A stretch of DNA of 64,000 nt. Origin: Octopus vulgaris (Eukaryota). The notes beneath the pieces are model-generated. The model was not told the origin of the DNA, ran no database searches, and worked only from the letters and a program-made list of their open reading frames with translations. Location of the stretch: positions 5,704,001-5,768,000 of the forward strand of contig OX597828.1 in the NCBI GenBank assembly GCA_951406725.2. The letters are read 5' to 3'. This document shows positions 55,566 to 64,000 of the stretch, piece by piece; the stretch's first letter is position 1; every line of letters starts with the position of its first letter. The position numbers were made by a program, and so were the translations under genes.

Positions 55566-55609
55566 ACACAACATTTCGGCTGATATACTCTCCAGCCTTC
55601 ATCAGATGC
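55566..55609 (-). ncRNA. Minimal hammerhead motif (family A, best-preserved copy)
   Basis: gcat CTGATGA a ggctg gagagtatat cagcc GAAATGTT gtgt. Confidence 0.75.
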
Positions 55610-55673
55610 CTTGGAGAAATTTCGAACCTGGGTTCTCATTCCTAAGCTATTTTTCGATGTTGTTATTATTATT

Positions 55674-55965
55674 ACGGAGATGTACTTGCATAGCAAATGA
55701 CCTGATCTGAGATCGTGTGCGGGAACGGAGACAATTGCAGCGTGGAAGGTGTTTATAAGCCATTTAAGAAACCCACAACAACCGTTAGATTAACTTCAAC
55801 CTGTTCAGGGACAAAATTCCGTGCAGCACATGATTTTGTCAGTGAACAGGTCGTGTTCTCAAAGCGACGAAAATATTTAGGCAAATGAAATTTAAATGTT
55901 GAAGTGAATCTAGTGGTTCTTGGGTTTTCTTAAATAGCTTATAAACACCTTCCACGCTGCAATTG
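55674..55965. mobile_element. Nested fold-back element (arms 55732-55800 and 55898-55965)
   Basis: caattgcagcgtggaaggtgtttataagc / gcttataaacaccttccacgctgcaattg; inner hairpin at 55799-55851. Confidence 0.85.
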
Positions 55966-55977
55966 TTGTTGTTTTTG

Positions 55978-56060
<83 letters not shown>

Positions 56061-56149
56061 ATCACTGCCTGGAATCGAACTTGGAATCTTGGGTTTAGTA
56101 GCACGCGCACTTAACCACTACGCCCACGGGCATATGGCGTATATATATG

Positions 56150-56432
56150 CATATATATGGGTACAGCACGTCTCAGTAAGTAAGCAGCATGAAATACGAA
56201 GACGAACTTGGGTATGCGAACAACAGGAGAAACAAATGTAAAACACGACAAATTAATGAGGTGTAGATGAACAGCCAAAAACTGATGAAGGGTCGTTTTT
56301 TATGTTACTTGTCTTGATTTCCTTTTGTTTATCCCGTTTGTTTATCCAAGTTCGTTTTTGTATTTCATGTTTTCGTAATTCTTATCACAGGTTGCTTACG
56401 TTTTGTTACGTCCTGTACCCATATATGCATAT
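56150..56432. mobile_element. Degenerate fold-back element; further partial copy at 57040-57190
   Basis: atgcatatatatgggtacagcacg...catgaaatacgaagacgaacttgg versus ccaagttcgtttttgtatttcatg...cgtcctgtacccatatatgcat. Confidence 0.7.
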
Positions 56433-57280
56433 ATATGTATGTGCATATATGTATGCATATATGCATATGTAAATATTTTCCATATTATTATATGATTGAA
56501 AGCCATGCATCAATTTCCATGTATGTTTATCTTAATAATTATGATGTTACTGCAATCTATCTCCCCCTTTCGCGTTCTCTGTCTTCCTGTCTCTAACTTT
56601 TTTCTCCCCCACTCCCCCTTTCGTTTTCTTCTCTCTCATCTTTTCGCTAATAATTGTTTCTTCCCTTGACCGTTTTCTATATGTCTCTGTCTATCACTCC
56701 CCCTTTCTCCTTTACTCTCTCTCTCGTTGCTCACACATGACCATCGCCTATCTTTCTTTTCCTCGTGTGTTCATCTTTCTTTTTTACAGTCTGTCTTACA
56801 GAGCAGATGCATTTTTATGTGTCTCCTCTTCTATCTTTTCTCTTGTCAAAGACAATATTCTTCCAGCGTTTGCTACCTTACCTCGTCTGGCCTAACGGCC
56901 CTCCATGTTTGTTTTCTTTCATTTGTTGTATCTCTCCACTGTCCTGTGTTTGTTACCTCCGCAAATCCCAAAATTTATTTCTGTTCGCAGGAGCAACTGT
57001 CTTTTGAAACCTCATATTGTTGTTAATTGCTCGAAATGTGGAGGAGAGTGACAGCCAACAAATGATAAAAGATAATTTTTTTATCTTACCTGTCTTGATT
57101 TTTCATTTCTTTCGCTCGTTATTCGTATACCCAAGTTCGTTCTCGTATTTCATGTTTACGTTTTGGGATATCTTGTACTCATATGCGAATATATATATAT
57201 ATATATCACATATTTGTATGCATATATATATGTATATATATATATTATTTATATTTTATGTATATATATATATATATATA

Positions 57281-57442
57281 GGCGCAGGAGTGGCTGTGTG
57301 GTAAGTAGCTTGCTAACCAACCACATGGTTCCGGGTTCAGTCCCACTGCGTGGCATCTTGGGCAAGTGTCTTCTGCTATAGCTCCGGGCCGACCAATGCC
57401 TTGTGAGTGGATTTGGTAGACGGAAACTGAAAGAAGCCTGTC

Positions 57443-57500
<58 letters not shown>

Positions 57501-57708
57501 TTGTGTGTCTGTGTTTGTCCCCCTAGCATTGCTTGACAACCGATGCTGGTGTGTTTACGTCCCCGTCACTTAGCGGTTCGGCAAAAAAGAGAAGGATAAA
57601 ATAAGTACTGGGTTTAGAAAGAATAAGTCCCGGGGTCGAGTTGCTCGATTAAAGGTGGTGCTCCAGCATGGCCGCAGTGAAATGACTGAAACAAGTAAAA
57701 GAGTAAAG
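57281..57708 (+). mobile_element. CORE-type tRNA SINE (young, full length)
   Basis: ggcgcaggagtggctgtgtggtaagtagcttgc...ggttcagtccc...(TA)n...gagtaaaa. Confidence 0.93.
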
Positions 57709-57747
57709 GGTAAGAGTATATATATTCTCATGTATATAAAGGAAATG

Positions 57748-58015
57748 AAAACGCATGGCCTTTTGTTGCACTCATGATCAACAGATCGTGGTTTCAACTT
57801 CTTGACTGGGTGGTTCGTTGTGTTCCTGAGAAGACCACTTCGTCTCACATTGCTCTGCGATCACTTCGACGACCAGCGTGTCAGGCAAACTCGATTTAAT
57901 AGAGGGAGAGCGTTAATCTACAGCAGATAATTTTGATCTCTATAAACAAATTATTTGTACTTGTCATTGGGCAAGAGCTGAACCCTCGTACTTCGTTTTC
58001 GATTGGAAAGACCAT
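57748..58015 (+). mobile_element. Degenerate tRNA-derived SINE
   Basis: gcatggcc...gatcgtggtttcaact...gttgtgttcctgagaagaccactt (tRNA head plus CORE-like segment). Confidence 0.55.
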
Positions 58016-58279
58016 CATATGCATATATGAATGCACGGGCTAAAACGTATTTAATGAGATTAAATATATACACGTAAACGGTTTTGTAATGTTTCTTTTT
58101 AAGCTTTTTACAACTAAGCTGCAAACATATCTGCTATTTCGTACATTGCACATACTTCCATATGTTCGTAGTCAGAAAATGCACTCCTACTCAGATATGT
58201 ATTGATATCTATTCAATCTATATTTTTATCCATTTATCTACCTACCTACCAATCCATATCCCAACACACACACACACAC

Positions 58280-58351
<72 letters not shown>

Positions 58352-58478
58352 ATATACATACATATATTTACAGATATGTAAATACGTACATATATATATA
58401 TATATATTTGTGTGCAAGTGTAAGTGTATTTATATTCATATATATAGATATGTGTTTGTGTGCGTTTCTGTGTGTGTT

Positions 58479-58532
<54 letters not shown>

Positions 58533-59146
58533 TACGTGTGTCTCTTTATATATGCATTCATATATGTATATATACATTCCCATATGTCTGTGTATATCTG
58601 CGTTCAGTTATATCTGATCAAGTCTGTGTGGTTATGTATAAGCTTCAATATTATCGCAATATACTGTCTATTGTCGGATATGAATATGACAAACGGATCG
58701 AAAGACATTTCTTTCTCGATCTCTCTCTATCGGCATCTCTCTACTTCACTCATAGACATGTACGCACTAATAAAACTACGAACCGTCTATTTGTGCGTAT
58801 ATCTGTCATTATACTATGAATTCTATAAAGACATAATTAACCAGATCTTGTAAGAGAGAGCAGTTTGTATGGTAAAAAAAGTATGTGAACGGTACAGTTG
58901 AAAGGTGAACATTCGTTGTACGATCCACTGATGTTTAAACTCTTCTGACCTCCATCATGGCAAGACTACAATAACATGATGCAGCTGTCAAAAGGTCTGT
59001 GACTCGATCTAATTTCCTGTGAGGTTGAATGTAAGGAAGTAGCGTACATTCATTCGTAGGTAGAAAAATGCATTGGTACGTAAATATATATATATATATA
59101 TACATGTGTGTGGGTTTGTGCTTATGCACACATACACCACACACAC

Positions 59147-59191
<45 letters not shown>

Positions 59192-59599
59192 TACAGAAAT
59201 AGATAGATAGAGAAAGCGAAAGATTAAGTGAGATGGAGCTAGGTAAATAAATACATAGATATACTGACTTGCGTATACATCTATATATATGCACATTTTC
59301 GTAAGTTTAAAGTCAGCGTCTTTCTGTTTTACGTTTGGTTTTTCATGATCTGAATAGCATTGTTGTATACATTCTGCTTTTAATGCATGTAGACATGTGT
59401 ATACACAGAAACAAACAGTCATTATGTGCAGTCTTCATCATTTTGCTTTTGCATTTTCTATGTTCTCATATATTTCTCCCTCTTTCACTCTTCTCAATCA
59501 TTGTATATCTATCTAGTCATATGTATGATTGTACATACATACATACGTATGTGTGTATGTATGTATGTATGTATGTATGCATGTATGTATATATATATA

Positions 59600-59657
<58 letters not shown>

Positions 59658-60889
59658 CAAATATGTATATACATATTTATATATGTATGTGTGTATGTAT
59701 ATATATATAATTATATACTTATGTATGAATATATTTATGTGTGTGTGTTTGTGTTTATATGTATATGTTTGCGTGTAGCAACCTCATATTTCTGTTTAGC
59801 AATATCCCCATAATATATGGTGGAACATATATTATTCTATATAATAACTAAATTTACGATCAATAAATTATCTGCGTGCAACATCTTTCAGACCTGTCAG
59901 CGCATGTCATATCAAGGAAGTGATTTTAATATGACATAATAATATTGTCGAAATTTCATAATTATAATTCCCTCTGTTCTTTTCTCAACATAATTTACTC
60001 CAATATATTTCAATGCAACGTCAATGCAATACTTCATTAAACCTAATAGTTAAATTAATAATGTACATATTTCTGTTTGATTTATTATGTAGCAGAGATT
60101 GTTCATATTAGTTAGCCTCCGGTGATCTCAGAATGGGCAGAAGTAGAAACAAAATATTCGTAGTCAATGACTGCATCTTGTTTTAAAGGTTATCGAGGAC
60201 TATTTTTTAGTACGTTTTTTTATTGTTTATAGGTCTTCAGTTTGTCTTGCAGGGGATTTTCCTTGTGCTGTATGATCCCCTGCTTATTGATAAAATTATA
60301 ACTGAATACAACATTAAAGCATACCTGATCATTTAGACATGACAATTTCTCATTCACACTGACATTCGTTTAGATACCTATAGATCGACAGAGGGTAGAA
60401 GAAATGGACAGAGAGATTGAGAGAGAGAAATTGAGACCGAGTTAGAGACACAGTCAAACAAACAAATAGACAGATAAACTGACAGACAGACAGAGTGAAG
60501 CTCCCTTTCCTAATGTTCAGCGTTGAAAGGAATGACTGTAAATAAATATTAATACAACTTGCTAAATTAAATGAGATACGCACACGTATATATTCACATG
60601 AGATATGCAGTATGAGATATTCTCTAGACGTTCACAGTTACGAGTTCATAGGATCGATCCAACACTGTGTCACAAAGTTATGGATTCGTAATTGCAAATT
60701 TTAAGAGGAGAAAATACTGATAAATACAGATAAATCGATTCGGCACGAAATTAGTGAATATATTGACGGAATCGTTCCATACACCATCGTAAAGATTGCA
60801 CCATTAATTCAAAAGTTTAAACTGGTTGCACGGTATTTTCTCACTGAGATTGCTTAGGAAATATATTAATGCTCCTCGTAAAGGACAAA

Positions 60890-61197
60890 AGGGTGAAGAC
60901 CCCCTATGGCTTTAAATTACAATAGGATTGCACTTAGAGAGTTACCTTCCGAGGCACAAATCCGAGCAAGGTTGTTTACGAATGACCAGCGGTCGTTCAT
61001 GCACACCGCGTCACTGATGTCATCCGAGGGAAAGGCTAAGTAACGTCGCAAATCATATCTACAGCTGAGTGAACCGGAGCAAAGGGAAATAAAGTGTCTT
61101 GCTCAAGAATAAAACTCACAACTCGACTCGGGAATTAAACTCACTACCTCATGATTGTGAGCCTGACGCTCAAAATGCTGAGCCATGCACCTTCACA
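60890..61197 (-). mobile_element. Degenerate tRNA-derived SINE
   Basis: Minus strand gtgaaggtgcatggctcagc...gagtttaattcccgag...tcttgagcaagacactttatttc. Confidence 0.7.
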
Positions 61198-61699
61198 ATA
61201 TTACTCGTGTCTGTGGAATACTTAGCAATTTACAAGCTAATCCAGTGAGTAAATTAATTTCACGGTGGTTTAATTTCATTGAGAAATTAAATACACCCAG
61301 ACGAGACTGACTGAAATGATATACATTTTAATATATTACTGATATTAATATTTTAGAAAATGATTATTTTGATAGAGGAAATTATAAGTAATATCAATTT
61401 ATTATTCGTGAAATTAGAAATACATGATTTATTTCCGTTGTTTAAGAAAAAAAATCATGTATGAACATGTTAAGAAATATTTAATTTTTATACTGATTTT
61501 ATATTTATTAATTTTATTTTACTTCATGTTTTCGATGCACAAATACATACAGCTGAATACACCCTGGCCAATTGTGATTTTGTCTATGTTTTCTTTTTTC
61601 TTGAGAACAAGCTGGTTTCTACTTCAATCATGTAAACGATTTTCTACCCACAAAATGTTCTGCCCAAATAGTCATTGCAGCCATGACTTAACATAATCC

Positions 61700-62715
61700 A
61701 ATATACAATCATTCTACACTAGGACACTGAAAAGAATGTAATTACACTGTGGATGGAAGTCAAGTTTTCGTACCCCGGAAGAGTCCCGTTATCTTGATTT
61801 GTAAGTATCTGGTGCTCCATTTGTTACATCTAGTTGTTTAGTTACTATAAATCTTTTACTTTTGGTTTGAAGTTATTTATAGAAACATAGGTTCATCATG
61901 TAATCGAAATGGACTGAGATGGTCGCTCTACATTGATATAACATGTAAACTTTGTCGGGTGTTTACTGACGGTTATATTTTACGTTACTGGCATCGCCGC
62001 GCTGGAAGGCGGACTGCCATTCTTTGTCTCAAGTAATCCCCTTTGCTCTATGTAATCATCATTACATCCACTGCATTTGATAATATACTTTAATTTCGTG
62101 TGGCACAAGTGAAATGAATTTTTAATGTAAATATCATTCTGGCTTTAAATTCTCGCGTCGAGCTCACACTGAGGCTGAAACAGACTGCGCAATTAAGACA
62201 GTTAAATTTTTTGACTACTAGAGTTGGAATTTTTGGAAGAAATTTTGCGATTGCAAATAACTTTTTTAAAAAGAACTTTGTCTTTTAGTACAAACTATTG
62301 CATATATTTCTTGGGCATTTTTTATTCGTTTGTCGTCCACTGAAAAGGGAAATATACCCTTCTGTATTTCTTGCAATGTCTCTTCGTCTATACTGTATAT
62401 CTTAGGTATGTTTCTTGTTTCTCGTAATCCATGTGTATCTATCGTTTTAGGATTTTCTATTCCATTATCGTGTAAAGCTCCAAAGTCTTTTGAGTAATAT
62501 AATGTTATTCCTTGAAATCATTACTTCAGGATTTTATGAATGAATAGAATTGTGCAGATTCTTCTTGCCCAGTTGTATATAAAGTTTATGCTTTGGATGG
62601 GTGAATGAAAATAGCAGGTATTGTTTTGTATCTGTTACTCTGAAGTAGCTGTCGGTTGCAAAGTTAAATCTCTTATTATGTCCAAAGCAAATCGTTCCCA
62701 TTTATAATCCTTTTG
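61700..62715 (-). mobile_element. Penelope-like retroelement relic (RT thumb + GIY-YIG endonuclease)
   Basis: TDSYFRVTDTKQYLLFSFTHPKH, WARRICTI, NC.NCAVC, FTCATRN..YIIKCSGCNDDYIEQ (GIY-YIG), terminal FINNFKPK. Confidence 0.8.
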
Positions 62716-62719
62716 ATAG

Positions 62720-63640
62720 GTGTAAAGCGTTGCAGCATTAAAGAAATTCAAACGTCCTCGCACACTGTCGATGTCTCCCAACTATAGAGCAAAAGATGGA
62801 AGATCTGGGACATGGAGATTCACATCTTTGTCCTCCTGCTCAGATTTTGGCAGCGATAATTCATTTGTCCAGTGAGTTCACAACTTCACCAGCATGACCA
62901 CTACTTTTTAAGACTTCCGATTCGTAACTACTACTGATATGGATCACAATTCTGGGATATGTGAAGTTGGAAACATCTTCGTCCCTCTCAATCGCAAAAG
63001 AGACAAGCAAGATGGAGTGCACCAGGAAGCCAAGGAAACACAAGATCTTCGCCTTGACCCAAGAAGTTCTGCTTCCTCAGAATGAAAGGAGATCACTCCT
63101 TACAACATCCAGATATTCAGTAAGAATAACTGAGTTATTGCAAAATTCAGTCAGTAATTCTAATTTTACAAATAAATGCTCCAAAACTAGATCGAGACAT
63201 TATCTAAAAAATATCCTGTTCATGAAAAGTTTGGATATAGTGGGAGACAAAATACAACACTGGTGGGTACCAGTTCTAGAATTCTCCAAAGTACATTCCT
63301 GACCTCCGAGTCGAATGCCTTGCGGAAGTCAACATATGCTGCAGTCAGCTTCTGACGAAAACTTCAACTGCTTTTCATGAGTACGTGGCTAACAAGGATC
63401 CTGTCAGAGGTTAAATTCTATGGCATGAATCCCGACTTCTCCGGCCGTCACGAGAGTCAAGCAGACAATTTCTCACACTGTTTAGAATACCTCCGACAAA
63501 AACCTGCTGCAATTATAGTGTAAGAGCCCTATAGCTGCATCAGCCATTTCTACCTCTCCAGGGAGGATTAATTATGCCTCTCTCCTAGTCAGGCGGTAGG
63601 ATACCTCTGCTTCAAATTATCACTCCTTCAAGATTGCACT
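62720..63640 (-). mobile_element. RTE-clade LINE RT relic
   Basis: AAYVDFRKAFDS, SWVKAKI, SNFTYP, EVLK..G.A..VVNSLDK, LSRRTK, LLYSWET. Confidence 0.85.
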
Positions 63641-63726
63641 CATCGGGCCGACCGAAGCATTCAGTCTCGATTTGCTAGATGGAAATTGAAAGAAAGTCGT
63701 CATATATGTGTGTGCATGTCTTTGTT

Positions 63727-63796
<70 letters not shown>

Positions 63797-64000
63797 CATA
63801 TATATAATTAGATGTGTGTATGTTTCCCTTGTTAACATTTAACACGGAAAAAATAGATAAATAGTTACCAGGGTAGCAAAAAATCAAACAAGTAAAAAGG
63901 TTGTAACTCCTTGTTTTTAAAGGTAGAAAATTCGGGTTTATGTAAAATATTTTGGATAATATATATAAATAAATAAATGGAGTTAAACGCAGCTGTTATT

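Larger units (their letters stand above)
55566..56141 (-). mobile_element. Family A tRNA/hammerhead SINE, interrupted in its (AAT)n linker
   Basis: Head 56125-56057 ggcgtagtggttaagtgcgcgtgctactaaacccaagattccaagttcgattccaggcag; tail 55670-55566 matches 50755-50850. Confidence 0.88.

Noticed and set aside
56282-56300. ctgatgaaggg hammerhead core
   Set aside because: No matching helix II or GAAA downstream.

Overview
AT-rich, microsatellite-dense animal DNA. The SINE and LINE repertoire points to an Octopus (coleoid cephalopod) intron or intergenic region; this is my inference. No host protein-coding gene can be firmly called, and nearly all ORFs in the supplied track are microsatellite or SINE read-throughs. 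Recognisable elements: a young 5'-truncated Tx1/L1 LINE (23635-26076), R4/Dong LINE fragments in (TAA)n arrays, RTE relics, a Penelope (RT + GIY-YIG) relic, Tc1/mariner-superfamily relics (maT/DD37D-like, mariner, DD41D-like), a Helitron helicase fragment and several tRNA-derived SINE families. The most striking signal is a set of short non-autonomous elements, each carrying a minimal type-I hammerhead ribozyme motif and often forming fold-backs, as Penelope-like elements do. One of these families is a tRNA-headed SINE whose 3' tail contains the hammerhead (50461-50911, 55566-56141), a candidate Penelope-mobilised SINE. A second notable system is a ~550-bp non-coding element that sits, always in one orientation, in (TAA)n together with Dong/R4 LINE pieces. 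All calls were made by eye; no searches or folding programs were run.
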